From: a virus | Strand: one strand, 5' to 3' | Length of the DNA stretch: 64,000 nucleotides | IMG/VR virus record: IMGVR_UViG_3300005403_000006 | In this document: piece by piece, positions 1-10,414 of the stretch | Layout: every line of letters begins with the position of its first letter | Numbering within the stretch: position 1 is the first letter of the stretch | Notes under the pieces: generated by a model | Seen by the model: only the letters and a program-made list of their open reading frames with translations | Told to the model about the DNA's origin: nothing | Database searches by the model: none | Program-made: the position numbers and the translations under genes

Positions 1-1033
1 CCGTACCTCCAGCCAACCCGTTCCACTCTACTTCAATATCGTGTTGTACTAAGCTCTGCAAATCGCAAATAATTAAAGTTTGTTGTAAAGTTCCATTTGA
101 TATAGTGACATTCAAAGCCCAAAGATTTGTTATGTTAACTAAAATCCCTTTTGAACCTGCCAAACCTGTTTTTGAAACCAATAAATATTTGGTTAGTGCC
201 ACATTTGCTGGCTCATAGCTAATTTTAAAATTGATTGGGGTTTGTCCTAAAATATACATGTTAGTGTTAACATATGCCGTCTGCGAAAAAGTACCGACCC
301 TTATGTTTTTAACCAAAACATCGTTATCTTTTGTAGAGTGGTCACCAAAATAGTAGCGGTTACCTTTTAATACAGGTGTCGAATCGAATATTTTTACCTG
401 AGTAGTTAGAATTCCACCTAATGAAGTAAATACCGCTGAGACTGTAATATCTGTGGTTAATGTTACATAGGTTAAATCAGTCAAAATATCATATCCATTC
501 ATCACCCATTTTGTAAAAACATATCCTGCATTTGCAATAGCTTTTAAAGGAATAACAGTTCCTTTAGTATGTGTTGTTACCCCTGATTCAGGTTCAATAA
601 TTCCTCCATCACTTGTTGACATTGTCAATGTAAGTAAATCAGTTTCCACTACCCTTTGTATAGTAAAGGTAAGCAAAAATAAGTTATTCTCATTACCATC
701 CCAATTATCTGACAATACTCCACTTTCTGAGGTAATTGCTGTGTATAGGACACCATCCCATACTGATTGTGACTTACTTATCAAAAAACTTTCAATACTC
801 TCTGCCAACACATAACCTGTAACATAATCAACATTCCTTACTTGTATTGAAACAGAATCCCTGTGATAACGTCCTCCATCTAATGCTTTATCTGATGGAC
901 GCCCTCCTGCATCGAATACAGCCACACAATTATCAGGTGTAGTAGGAACACGTCCTATAAATAGATTTGTACCAAAAGTAAATCCCAATGAGGATTCAGA
1001 TAGTAACATATCTTTTATATCTTCCGATGCCAT
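1..1033 (-). CDS. virion/tail protein, 3' end cut by the window edge (tail-completion-like N-terminus plus Listeria-Bacteroides-type repeat)
   Basis: Absent from the ORF track because it runs off the window. My translation from ATG 1033..1031 (MASEDIKDMLLSE...) stays open to position 1. The segment GGIIEPESGVTTHTKGTVIPLKAIANAGYVFTKWVMNG resembles the Listeria-Bacteroides repeat. It follows the head-tail joining genes. Confidence 0.5.
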   Translation of the reverse strand, partial: MASEDIKDMLLSESSLGFTFGTNLFIGRVPTTPDNCVAVFDAGGRPSDKALDGGRYHRDSVSIQVRNVDYVTGYVLAESIESFLISKSQSVWDGVLYTAITSESGVLSDNWDGNENNLFLLTFTIQRVVETDLLTLTMSTSDGGIIEPESGVTTHTKGTVIPLKAIANAGYVFTKWVMNGYDILTDLTYVTLTTDITVSAVFTSLGGILTTQVKIFDSTPVLKGNRYYFGDHSTKDNDVLVKNIRVGTFSQTAYVNTNMYILGQTPINFKISYEPANVALTKYLLVSKTGLAGSKGILVNITNLWALNVTISNGTLQQTLIICDLQSLVQHDIEVEWNGLAGGT

Positions 1034-1057
1034 ATTCATAATACCTGTATTTTATAG

Positions 1058-1471
1058 TTATTTTAATAAATTTCCGTATGAATCACCTCCTAATATATCA
1101 CCTCTTAATAAAGGAAGATTTCGTTGTAATGCTTTTTCAAACCACTGTCCTCCACTCCCTTTTCTACTCCAATTAGTATTTGCATCATCAAATTCATGTA
1201 CAAACCTCGCATAAGCTACTGTAAATCCCATTGTGATATAATAAGAACCCCCACTCCAAGATAACGGTGCCCTCCAAGAAGCTTTAAGAGTACCCCCTTT
1301 TTCCTTTCTTACAGGAGTGAATGGAGGTATTTCTTCCATTTCCCTACGTACTCTCATGGCAAATCTAACTAACCCAGCACCTGAACGTACCTTCAACCCT
1401 TGCAATTCTGCATTAAGTTTTGCCTCTATTTGAGTTAATCCTGTTACACGTACACCAGTAAAGTTTGTCAT
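1058..1471 (-). CDS. neck/tail assembly protein (HK97 gp10-like, tentative)
   Basis: 137-aa ORF in the head-tail joining block, abutting 1471..1824. The family call rests on size and position only. Confidence 0.3.
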   Translation of the reverse strand: MTNFTGVRVTGLTQIEAKLNAELQGLKVRSGAGLVRFAMRVRREMEEIPPFTPVRKEKGGTLKASWRAPLSWSGGSYYITMGFTVAYARFVHEFDDANTNWSRKGSGGQWFEKALQRNLPLLRGDILGGDSYGNLLK

Positions 1472-1824
1472 TATACACTCACTTTCTTATAAATAGTAAC
1501 ACCTTTTAAATTAACAAATGTCTCAATCTGCATTACAAGATAGGCACCATCTATCAATTTAGGATTAGCCAGTTGTGCTTCTGTTAAATCAGTTAATTCT
1601 CCTAAATACACCCAATTCTCCTTTTGTACATCAGCCAAAGTATATAAATGTGCTTTTGATTCTTGCGTTTCCCTGTTATTATTTACAATTAAATCAAGTT
1701 TATCCTCCCAACGTCCTTTTATTTCTGTAGGAGCCGCAAAAGTCATAGTATTATATCCATTGTTTACGGGTGTAGCCCATAAAACAATAGTTTGTGTAAA
1801 TAGCCTTTGTAATAAACTGTTCAT
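1471..1824 (-). CDS. head-tail adaptor / head-closure protein (tentative)
   Basis: 117-aa ORF in the late operon between connector-like ORFs. No diagnostic motif seen. Confidence 0.3.
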   Translation of the reverse strand: MNSLLQRLFTQTIVLWATPVNNGYNTMTFAAPTEIKGRWEDKLDLIVNNNRETQESKAHLYTLADVQKENWVYLGELTDLTEAQLANPKLIDGAYLVMQIETFVNLKGVTIYKKVSV

Positions 1825-1830
1825 AATACC

Positions 1831-2205
1831 TTATGTAAAACTTGTTACTGCAAAAATTGAAGCCTGTCGTTTAATAGCTGCTTGTATTACTCCTAAATAG
1901 TCTAATATTAATACCATCTGTCCGTATTGGGTCATTAATAATCCACTACCCCACCAACCTGAGTATGTTACTTTTGCATCACCTAATTCCTCTATTTTAG
2001 TAGTTCTAATCAATACTAAGGCAATTAAATGTGCTGATAACCATTTTTCTATTTCCACTAAATTAGCTTCGGGCATTCCTTTATCTGTAAATACCGTAGT
2101 TATATACAAGTTAGCAGTATTGATAAATGGCAATATCTGTGCCTCTGTGAGAGTAGTATCTCCCATAATTGCTTGCACTTCCGTATATGTCACTCTATTT
2201 GCCAT
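1831..2205 (-). CDS. head-tail connector protein (gp6-like, tentative)
   Basis: 124-aa ORF that is first after the glycan island. Size and position are typical of head completion proteins. Confidence 0.3.
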   Translation of the reverse strand: MANRVTYTEVQAIMGDTTLTEAQILPFINTANLYITTVFTDKGMPEANLVEIEKWLSAHLIALVLIRTTKIEELGDAKVTYSGWWGSGLLMTQYGQMVLILDYLGVIQAAIKRQASIFAVTSFT

Positions 2206-2863
2206 ATTCTTTATTTTTAAAGGTTAATATATAGGATTTTAATTCCTCAGTAACATCAACATTTACCCAATCTAATACTTCCATCAATTGTGTTAAATCA
2301 CCTTGCAATATTCTTTCAGGGTATAATACTTTTATATTGGTATTTTTTTCAAACATTTCTAAAATACGTTCCTCATATTGATGCACCCACCATTTCCATC
2401 CTTGTGCAACTGTGGAAACATTTACAGCCTCCCGTACTTTTGGATGCTCAAAAGCCTTCATGTAACTTGTATGAAGGCAAGAATTAATAATATCTCCCGT
2501 CCTTCTTCGTACTATAATCCATTTTGCATCAGGGTAAACAGCATCCCATACCTTCCAAATCAATAATGCTTTACTGTCTTTCACAAACCAATTAACATTA
2601 GCAGGTTTATCTATTGCCTTTTCCACCCAGGTGTCCCATTCTTTTACTAACTTGTACGTAACAGGTAAAGGGTATTGCCCTTTTATATCAGCATTGATAC
2701 CCATAAAATATGAATGAATTACTAAATTTTGTAATTTCCTGTTCTCAAAAGAATTAATCCTATCAATACCTCCACTATACACTTCTGCCTTATCTAAAAT
2801 TTGTGCGATAATGCCTCCTCCACTTCGAGGAACTCCTGCTATTATAATAGGACTATTTTTCAT
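2195..2863 (-). CDS. sulfotransferase-like protein
   Basis: The N-terminal GVPRSGGG resembles the 5'-phosphosulfate binding loop of PAPS-dependent sulfotransferases. IIVRRRTGDIINS resembles their 3'-phosphate binding motif. The ORF overlaps both neighbours in the sugar-enzyme operon. Confidence 0.5.
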   Translation of the reverse strand: MKNSPIIIAGVPRSGGGIIAQILDKAEVYSGGIDRINSFENRKLQNLVIHSYFMGINADIKGQYPLPVTYKLVKEWDTWVEKAIDKPANVNWFVKDSKALLIWKVWDAVYPDAKWIIVRRRTGDIINSCLHTSYMKAFEHPKVREAVNVSTVAQGWKWWVHQYEERILEMFEKNTNIKVLYPERILQGDLTQLMEVLDWVNVDVTEELKSYILTFKNKEYGK

Positions 2864-4106
2864 ATTGTGCTAATACTTTTTGTTTTTCTGCCTTCTTTTC
2901 AGATGTAGGAACCGTTCTTACTTTTTGTTTATCATGCCTACGATATATCGCTAAAATATGATTACAATATCCTATTTTAAATCCTGCTTTAAGACACCTT
3001 AAATTAAATTCAAACTCCTCTTGTGTGTTCAATGTTTCATCAAAACCACCTAAAGCATCAAATATTTCCCTCTTATACATTAAAGTAGGGCAATGTATTG
3101 TGTTCCTTAATTTTAAATCATGTATAGTAGGAGTGGGGATTGAAGAAACGTATATCTTTTTTTCTCCTGTTGCCTGCGTCAATTCAGTGGCATTACCATG
3201 AATAAAATCAGCTCCAGTTTCCTCAAAACATTTCAAAGCATCTTCAATACTACCTGGAGTAAGCATATCATCCTCATGTAAAAACTTGATATAATCACCT
3301 GTTGCTTGTGGTAATGCTTTGTTAAAGTTAGCAGGCCAGTTACCTTCACCTTGGCTTACTATTAATTGTACCCATTTAGGAACACTTTCAATAGCATCTT
3401 TTAACCAACCTCTATCTACTTTGTAAGGAATTATGACAGTAACTTTTGGATGATACTCTTTATTTATATAATCTTTCACCCATTGTTCTTTGGCTTCAAA
3501 GATTCTTGGGTGCCCATGAAAGCAAACTATCCCCGCATTTTCGGGTAAGGATTGAATGAAGCCTAATTTAGGCTTAGCATCTACAATAGTATTTGTTATT
3601 TGTTGAAAGAATAATTTATTGGAAATAAATCTACGAAGCATGACATCCATTCTAAATCCTTCTTTTCCTTTAAATTTACCCCAAACTTCTTTTATAGTTA
3701 CAGAACTTGCAGGAAACCACATTAATCCTGTTGCTAATTCACCTTTTTGCCAAAAATCCTCAAGTGTAATCACTTCTCCTCTATGGTCTTTAATTAAATC
3801 AAATATATTTTCCAATGATTGAAATATCGCTGTATCAAGGTCAATATAAAGGAAAGGTCTATATTTTTCCATTTCAGGGCTGTATAATTGAACACGTGAC
3901 CATGTTCCTGGAGCATCTCCTTTTAATGGGATTATATGAAGGTTTCCTAAATTATACTCCTGACTTGCTTTGTCCCAAAGTAAAATAATATTAGGTTTAC
4001 CTTCTTTCCATAAACCAATAATATGCCGTACAATCAGTTCTACATCCCTGAAAGCAAAGTCACCTCCCGACTTTAATACCAATACTATTGTTTTTATATT
4101 ACCCAT
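2853..4106 (-). CDS. two-domain glycosyltransferase (N-terminal GT-A-like, C-terminal GT2-like)
   Basis: The C-terminal half has VTVIIPYK and FLHEDDMLTP (GT2 first strand and acidic DxD-type motif). The N-terminal half has LYIDLDTAI. Confidence 0.65.
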   Translation of the reverse strand: MGNIKTIVLVLKSGGDFAFRDVELIVRHIIGLWKEGKPNIILLWDKASQEYNLGNLHIIPLKGDAPGTWSRVQLYSPEMEKYRPFLYIDLDTAIFQSLENIFDLIKDHRGEVITLEDFWQKGELATGLMWFPASSVTIKEVWGKFKGKEGFRMDVMLRRFISNKLFFQQITNTIVDAKPKLGFIQSLPENAGIVCFHGHPRIFEAKEQWVKDYINKEYHPKVTVIIPYKVDRGWLKDAIESVPKWVQLIVSQGEGNWPANFNKALPQATGDYIKFLHEDDMLTPGSIEDALKCFEETGADFIHGNATELTQATGEKKIYVSSIPTPTIHDLKLRNTIHCPTLMYKREIFDALGGFDETLNTQEEFEFNLRCLKAGFKIGYCNHILAIYRRHDKQKVRTVPTSEKKAEKQKVLAQYEK

Positions 4107-5067
4107 TCTGTTCCCAATATTGTAGCATTTCTATTAGTAATGTTTCAAATGTATATTCAGGCTCCCATTTTAATAATATTCTAGCTTTATTAGAATCTCC
4201 ACATAAATAAGGTAATTCCTCTGCCCGCATAAATTTTTTATTTTGTACTACATAATCTTTATAATTTAACCCAAAATAATTAAATGCAAAATTACAAATA
4301 TCTCTTACAGAATGAGTTTTACCTGTTGCTATAACTAAATCAATAGGAGTATGATGATTAATAATCAGCCACATTGCCTTTACATAGTCAATGGCATGTC
4401 CCCAATCTCTATAAGAATCTAAATTACCTAATTCTAAAATATTAGTTTTTTTATGATAAATATCTACAACACCTCTTATTATTTTTTGAGTAACAAATGA
4501 ACTGCCTCTCTTAGGACTTTCATGATTAAATAATATCCCATTACATACAAACATATCATAAGCCCTCCTGTAATGTCTTGACAAATCGTATGCCATTACT
4601 TTACTAATACCGTAAGGACTAACTGGATTCATTGGAGTTGATTCTCTTTGATATTTATCATCATCAATAGATAATCCAAACATCTCACTACTCCCAGCAT
4701 TGTATATTCGTGTATTAGGACAAACTTTTTTACATATTTCTAATAATTTAAAAGTTCCCATTCCATTGACCTCCATTGTATATTCAGGTATATCAAAACT
4801 AACCCTTACATGAGATTGAGCAGCCAAATGAAATATATAATCAGGTTGTATTTGTTTTAACGCATTTTCCAACGAACAATAGTCAGTCATATCCGCGTAA
4901 TACAATTTAATTTTATTTTGTAAATGGTTTATTCTAAATGTTTGATTTTCTGATACTGAATTTCTACGAATAATTCCGTAGATTTCATACCCTAAAGACA
5001 AAAGATATTCGGCTAAATACAATCCGTCTTGACCATTAATGCCTGTAATAAAAACTTTTTTACTCAT
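4099..5067 (-). CDS. gmd: GDP-mannose 4,6-dehydratase
   Basis: Canonical blocks are present: FITGINGQDGLYLAEYLL, HLAAQSHVRVSF, SSEMFG, SPYGISK (YxxxK) and GILFNHESPKRGSSFVTQKI. Confidence 0.9.
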   Translation of the reverse strand: MSKKVFITGINGQDGLYLAEYLLSLGYEIYGIIRRNSVSENQTFRINHLQNKIKLYYADMTDYCSLENALKQIQPDYIFHLAAQSHVRVSFDIPEYTMEVNGMGTFKLLEICKKVCPNTRIYNAGSSEMFGLSIDDDKYQRESTPMNPVSPYGISKVMAYDLSRHYRRAYDMFVCNGILFNHESPKRGSSFVTQKIIRGVVDIYHKKTNILELGNLDSYRDWGHAIDYVKAMWLIINHHTPIDLVIATGKTHSVRDICNFAFNYFGLNYKDYVVQNKKFMRAEELPYLCGDSNKARILLKWEPEYTFETLLIEMLQYWEQNG

Positions 5068-6005
5068 TTCCTAATATATTGATAATTATCCATAAACCAT
5101 TTATATGTTTTTTGAAGTCCTTCTTTTATTTCTGTCTTTGCTTCCCATCCTAATTTATTAATTTTGCTCACATCTGATACTCTTTCTTTAACTCCCTCTG
5201 GAAAAGAAGTATCCCAAAGTATATTTCCTTCATATTTAAAAATATCTTTAATAATATTTACTAAATCTTTAATTGATATAATTTTTCCTGAACCTATATT
5301 AATATGGTCAGATGAATCATACGTATTCATAAGGAAAATCAAAGCACCAACTAAATCTTCCACATACAAAAACTCCCTTTTAACATTTCCTGTACCCCAA
5401 ACAGTAATCATATTTTCTTTATTCATTACAGCCTCATTAAATTTAAAAAATAATCCCGGAATAACATGAGAATTCATAGGGTTAAAATAATCACCTTCTC
5501 CATAAAGATTAGGAGGCATTACTGTAATAAAATTACTCCCATACTGTTTATTGTAGGCTTTACACATTTCTATTCCTGCTATCTTAGCCACTGCATATGC
5601 ACTATTAGTTGACTCTAGTTTTGAAGTCATTAAATATTCTTCTTTTATTGGTTGAGGACATTCTTTAGGATATACACAAACAGACCCACAAAATAATAAT
5701 TTACGCACATTACAAATCCTTGCTGCCTCAAATACATTGCATTGTATCATAAGATTTTCATAAATAAAAATACCACTCATTGTATTATTTGCATTTATCC
5801 CACCTACACGAGCAGCCAAATGAAATACATAATCAGGCTTTACTCTATCAAACAAATCCATTACCATATTTGAATTAATCAAATCACAATCATTTCTACC
5901 TATAGAAATGACGTTCCAATAACCAAGTCTAAGGAGTTCCTCATATAAGATAGAACCAACCATCCCTTTACCTCCTGTTATTAATATTTTATCGTTTTTA
6001 TTCAT
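5064..6005 (-). CDS. fcl: GDP-L-fucose synthase (3,5-epimerase/4-reductase)
   Basis: Extended-SDR layout with ILITGGKGMVGS and YAVAKIAG (YxxxK). It is 313 aa and lies directly downstream of gmd with a 4-nt overlap. Confidence 0.8.
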   Translation of the reverse strand: MNKNDKILITGGKGMVGSILYEELLRLGYWNVISIGRNDCDLINSNMVMDLFDRVKPDYVFHLAARVGGINANNTMSGIFIYENLMIQCNVFEAARICNVRKLLFCGSVCVYPKECPQPIKEEYLMTSKLESTNSAYAVAKIAGIEMCKAYNKQYGSNFITVMPPNLYGEGDYFNPMNSHVIPGLFFKFNEAVMNKENMITVWGTGNVKREFLYVEDLVGALIFLMNTYDSSDHINIGSGKIISIKDLVNIIKDIFKYEGNILWDTSFPEGVKERVSDVSKINKLGWEAKTEIKEGLQKTYKWFMDNYQYIRK

Positions 6006-6006
6006 A

Positions 6007-7218
6007 TTAACCTATTATTTGTAATTTAGGACAAGGAACAATAAATTTGCCTCCATTCTTTAGGTATTCTTTTTCCCTTTCCCTAAATACTGTAATGAAG
6101 TGCCAAGGCATTATTAATAAATAATCAGGCTGTACTTTCCTCATTTCTTCCTCTGAATAGATGGTTATATTTGACCCAACCGTACGTAATCCCCACTTGT
6201 AAGGGCTACGGTCTGCAATCCCATCAATCATAGAACTATCAATCTGAAAATACTGTAATAATGTGTTCCCTTTAGTAGATGCACCATACCCCCATATCGT
6301 TTTTCCTTTAGCTTTTTCAGTATATATAAAATCGTATAGTTCTTTTCCAAGTTTTTGTATCGCTTTAAACCAGGCATTCCATGTTTCTGTTTCTTCAATT
6401 TTGCATTGTGCCTCATACGCAAACAATGAGGCTATCCTAATATCACAAACATCCCTATGTGGTTGACTACCAAATAATTCAACATTTCCTTTAGTTTTCA
6501 TAATAAACAACCTGAATGACCCTCCATTTATGTCATTTATTTGACAGTCAACTATTTTAAACCCATTTCTATTTAATAGTTTCTCAATATTTCCTAATGA
6601 GTAATAATAAAAATGTTCATGGCAAATATTATCAAATGCCATTTGTTTTAGCATCAATGGGGTATAAGACATTTGCATAACTAGTAACCCATCATCATCC
6701 ATAATTTCGTTAATGTCACCTAAGAATGTTTCCCTATCTTCAATATCATAAAACATTGCTATTGCAGTAATAACCTTAGCTTTCCTACTTGGTAAATATT
6801 CTTTGTATACTCTTGTTGAAAAGTAATCCTGAATAATAATATTGGAATTTGTAATTGCTTCATCATAAAAAGAATCTTCCGCAGGGTCAATCCCTATTTT
6901 AACTAATTTATTGGAAACGTAACTCAATAATGTACCATCATTACAAGCTATGTCTAACCAAACATCATTTGTATGTACCTTATAAATAGATGTGATAGAA
7001 TCAACAATATCCTTTAATCCTTGCTTCATACTTTCATTGGTACCTGACCGATACCAATATTTACCAAACATTATCTTCCTTTCATTGTAATGAGATAAAC
7101 GAACAGCACCATCATCATCCATTACCAATGTCAATTCATCAACTCCTTTTGTAGCAGGTACATTAACTTCCAAAAAGTCAGAAATGTACAAATTACCAAG
7201 CGTGAATAGCTCATTCAT
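6007..7218 (-). CDS. SAM-dependent sugar C-methyltransferase (NDP-hexose C-methyltransferase-like)
   Basis: Class I SAM motif LDIACNDGTLL. The C-terminal block IWGYGASTKGNTLLQY is typical of the C-methyltransferase C-terminal domain. Confidence 0.65.
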   Translation of the reverse strand: MNELFTLGNLYISDFLEVNVPATKGVDELTLVMDDDGAVRLSHYNERKIMFGKYWYRSGTNESMKQGLKDIVDSITSIYKVHTNDVWLDIACNDGTLLSYVSNKLVKIGIDPAEDSFYDEAITNSNIIIQDYFSTRVYKEYLPSRKAKVITAIAMFYDIEDRETFLGDINEIMDDDGLLVMQMSYTPLMLKQMAFDNICHEHFYYYSLGNIEKLLNRNGFKIVDCQINDINGGSFRLFIMKTKGNVELFGSQPHRDVCDIRIASLFAYEAQCKIEETETWNAWFKAIQKLGKELYDFIYTEKAKGKTIWGYGASTKGNTLLQYFQIDSSMIDGIADRSPYKWGLRTVGSNITIYSEEEMRKVQPDYLLIMPWHFITVFREREKEYLKNGGKFIVPCPKLQIIG

Positions 7219-8075
7219 AGTATTGTTTTTAAATAGTCCTCAAACCAAAATTCTGAATAACTTTGCGCTAAATTACAATTTTTTATTTTAAATGGCAAAT
7301 CTTTTATGGTTTCAAAATAAATGCAGTCACCAAATCCAGCCTCAATGTCATAATATTTTAAAGTATTAATTCTTACTTGATGAATTGGAATTGCTTTTAC
7401 TAATAAAGCCTCGTAAAATCTAAAATTAAAAGCATTTGCATTCCCAATAGGAGAAAACACAAATCTATATTTTGCTAAGGTGTTCATGTAATCCCTCCAA
7501 CTTTCAAACTTAGGAGGAATAATATCAATTTCAATCTGTTTTGAAATTTCCTTCAAAGTATGCTTCCTTTCTGAATAGCATTCTCCATTTACCTTTCCTA
7601 TAAATACTACTTTATTTAATTTTTCAGGAACTTCAATAAAATCCTTGTAAAACCTTGAAAATAAAGAACGGTGTAATTTTGTTCCTAATTTTTCGCAATC
7701 ATCTACATCAACTGTAAAATGCACTAAGTATTTAAATTGTTTAATATCTGCATACCGCTGTGGATTATGTGCAAAAAATGAATCAAATATACGTTCTGTA
7801 ATAAATACTACTACTTTAATTTTATTGGCATTACATGTATCTATAAATCCTTCCTGCATAAAAACTGTACGATGTTCAGGATAATGTGAATCCCCTATAA
7901 AAAGAGTATCTATTCCCTCCAAATCTTCTTTTGATTTAACTACTCTTAAAACACCATATAAATTGGTTAAAGCAAAGTAAAATTGCCTAATATTATGACA
8001 CTTTGAATACTCCAAATCACATATAATGCCTACTTTCATAACTCTTATTTTGAAAACATCGGTATTAAAGCCCAT
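7215..8075 (-). CDS. putative glycosyltransferase (exostosin/GT47-like C-terminal motif)
   Basis: KYRFVFSPIGNANAFNFRFYEALLVKAIPI resembles the exostosin-type motif. The same motif recurs in 8809..9669. Confidence 0.35.
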   Translation of the reverse strand: MGFNTDVFKIRVMKVGIICDLEYSKCHNIRQFYFALTNLYGVLRVVKSKEDLEGIDTLFIGDSHYPEHRTVFMQEGFIDTCNANKIKVVVFITERIFDSFFAHNPQRYADIKQFKYLVHFTVDVDDCEKLGTKLHRSLFSRFYKDFIEVPEKLNKVVFIGKVNGECYSERKHTLKEISKQIEIDIIPPKFESWRDYMNTLAKYRFVFSPIGNANAFNFRFYEALLVKAIPIHQVRINTLKYYDIEAGFGDCIYFETIKDLPFKIKNCNLAQSYSEFWFEDYLKTIL

Positions 8076-8812
8076 TTTTTATCCCATACATGACATCCTG
8101 CAAAATGCCTAAAAATAACATCTTTAGGATTATTTGTTACTGTTTTAAACCTAAAATAAGGACTATGTCCTGCAAAATCAGTAACATTCCATTCAACAGG
8201 AAGTATTTCAACATTGCTTTTTAATTCCTCAATCGTATAAACAGGCTCATTTTCAGTAGTTGAATGCCACCCTAAATTAGGAAAAGTATTCCACCCGGGT
8301 TGAGTTTTATTGGCAAAATCTGCCGTAATACCTGCTAATGAATACCAGCAAGCCTGTTCATGAAACATCTGCCAAAAGGGGGTATCTTTATATTTCAAAT
8401 ACCTATTTTCATCTAATAAATTATTCAACATCTTTTTTGACCATTCAGTAACTTTAATACTAAATGCACCCATGCAATGAGTATTACAAGAATCAATGGC
8501 ATAAGTAAAAGATTTACCTTTAGAAGGTTCAAAAGATTCCTCTCCATTTACTATACATATATCTGCATCAATTTGACTGATAATATCACCTTCTTTTAAT
8601 TTACCTGTTTCGATCCAATGTCTAATTAAAAAGAAACGCCACCAGACTAATTTTCTTTGTTTACATTCTTTGGGAATAGTATTTAAATTCGTTATTTCAA
8701 TATAATGGAAACCGTGATGTTCACAATATTGTTTATTTCTTGGGGAATGATACTTCAAAAAGTGTTCCTGTCTTTCATCAGGATAACTAGCTATGCACAA
8801 TAAATATTTCAT
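8045..8812 (-). CDS. putative nucleotide-sugar transferase (GT-A-like)
   Basis: QIDADICIV is a DxD-like motif. The ORF is embedded in the glycosyltransferase operon with overlapping junctions. Confidence 0.3.
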   Translation of the reverse strand: MKYLLCIASYPDERQEHFLKYHSPRNKQYCEHHGFHYIEITNLNTIPKECKQRKLVWWRFFLIRHWIETGKLKEGDIISQIDADICIVNGEESFEPSKGKSFTYAIDSCNTHCMGAFSIKVTEWSKKMLNNLLDENRYLKYKDTPFWQMFHEQACWYSLAGITADFANKTQPGWNTFPNLGWHSTTENEPVYTIEELKSNVEILPVEWNVTDFAGHSPYFRFKTVTNNPKDVIFRHFAGCHVWDKKWALIPMFSK

Positions 8813-9669
8813 ATGGTTACTATTTTATATTTCCAATAATCAAAATCTAACATACTCAAATCCCATTGTGCATTCTTAATCCTATCATATTCTTTGTTCA
8901 AAAATTCCTCTGTAATTTCTTCCCAACTATCAACAAAACATATTGGAAGATTTATATAGAAACGGTTGTTTAAATTCCTTTTTTCAATCGGAATTGTTCC
9001 TAAGTACAAACATTCCCAGGTTCTATGTGTATCAATACCGTTCCCTTGTGGACTTAATACAAATTTATGATTATAAATATTATCCAAGTAAACATCAAAA
9101 TCCTTACCGTTTGCTCCTTTATCAATCGTGGCCCAACTTTTATTTCTAAATAGTACATAAGGAGAAACACGTTCAATAGGATTAGTAACTACATTATGAT
9201 TAATGTACAATAAGTTTTTATATTGTTTAGGAGCAGTAATTTTAGCCCTCAATTTATCCATTTTATGAATATGAGGAAACCATCTGTTATTTTCTAACCC
9301 TATTGGAATACTTTCTATTCGAGAATCAGTAACATCAACATTTTTAGAATACCATTTAATTACATTTTTAGGTATTTCAAATTTATAAAGGCTTTGGCGT
9401 TCACCATTCCCTCCTGGACGTGAAATACCTTCTGCTACTACTGAACAATCACAACTATGGGTTATCAGAATGAATTTATAATCAGGTAAATTAGTAATTA
9501 TACTAATTAAGGTAGGAGCATATACAAGATGTGTGTATATAATATTAACATCCTTCAATAAACTAATATCAAAGGTATTTTTCAGGTTGTCATAATCATC
9601 TCTATGTTTCAGATTAGGACTATAACAAAAATCTGCTATTGATTTAAACATTTCCCCTTGTATCCACAT
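8809..9669 (-). CDS. putative glycosyltransferase (exostosin/GT47-like)
   Basis: The C-terminal NHKFVLSPQGNGIDTHRTWECLYLGTIPI matches the exostosin-family pattern. Confidence 0.4.
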   Translation of the reverse strand: MWIQGEMFKSIADFCYSPNLKHRDDYDNLKNTFDISLLKDVNIIYTHLVYAPTLISIITNLPDYKFILITHSCDCSVVAEGISRPGGNGERQSLYKFEIPKNVIKWYSKNVDVTDSRIESIPIGLENNRWFPHIHKMDKLRAKITAPKQYKNLLYINHNVVTNPIERVSPYVLFRNKSWATIDKGANGKDFDVYLDNIYNHKFVLSPQGNGIDTHRTWECLYLGTIPIEKRNLNNRFYINLPICFVDSWEEITEEFLNKEYDRIKNAQWDLSMLDFDYWKYKIVTI

Positions 9670-9670
9670 A

Positions 9671-10414
9671 TTACATTGATTTTATTAGTTGTTCAATCTG
9701 TTTAGTGGCTACTCCACAACCATGTGCATTATTTTTATACCAACTACCTTTATGTATTCTATGAGTATAACTCAACCCATCTACTACCCACATATAGTTT
9801 CCTTGTAGTAACCATAAATAAGAAAAATATAAGGCATCATTCACACTTAAATTAGTATCTTCATTTATTGCTTCATGTACTTCCAAATATTTTGCTTTGT
9901 TGACAAAAAAGTTACCTGTATTTAAGCTAGTTGTAAAGGATGGAAATCGTAATTTTTCTTTTGCATTACGTTTGGTAATTAATTGCTGTTTAAAATTGCT
10001 GTAATCCCATTCAATTTTATTATTTTCACTATATAGTGTCATAGGGCAATAAATAGTACCAGGAATTGCATGTACCGCAAGAACCTTATTAATATACTCA
10101 TTGTCTATAATATTGTCAGAATCTAAAAGTACCACCCATTCATTTTTACACGCATTTATGGCCTTATATTTGTTTTTAAACGGTTTTAAGTTTCTGTTAT
10201 TTCTAAGTAATTTAATTTTAGAATTATTCATATTTTGTACCATTTGCCACAAAAGCAAATAACATTTTACATCAGAATAATCATCCATTATAACAATATC
10301 ATCAATAGCAGGATTATTTAAAACCTTACTAAATGATTCTATGGTCATTGTACTACGGTTATATGTTGGTATGGCTAAGCTAATCATCTTTTTAAATATA
10401 GTGCATCTCCCCAT
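9671..10414 (-). CDS. family 2 glycosyltransferase
   Basis: ISLAIPTYNR, IMDDYSD and LLDSDN motifs are typical of GT2. Confidence 0.75.
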   Translation of the reverse strand: MGRCTIFKKMISLAIPTYNRSTMTIESFSKVLNNPAIDDIVIMDDYSDVKCYLLLWQMVQNMNNSKIKLLRNNRNLKPFKNKYKAINACKNEWVVLLDSDNIIDNEYINKVLAVHAIPGTIYCPMTLYSENNKIEWDYSNFKQQLITKRNAKEKLRFPSFTTSLNTGNFFVNKAKYLEVHEAINEDTNLSVNDALYFSYLWLLQGNYMWVVDGLSYTHRIHKGSWYKNNAHGCGVATKQIEQLIKSM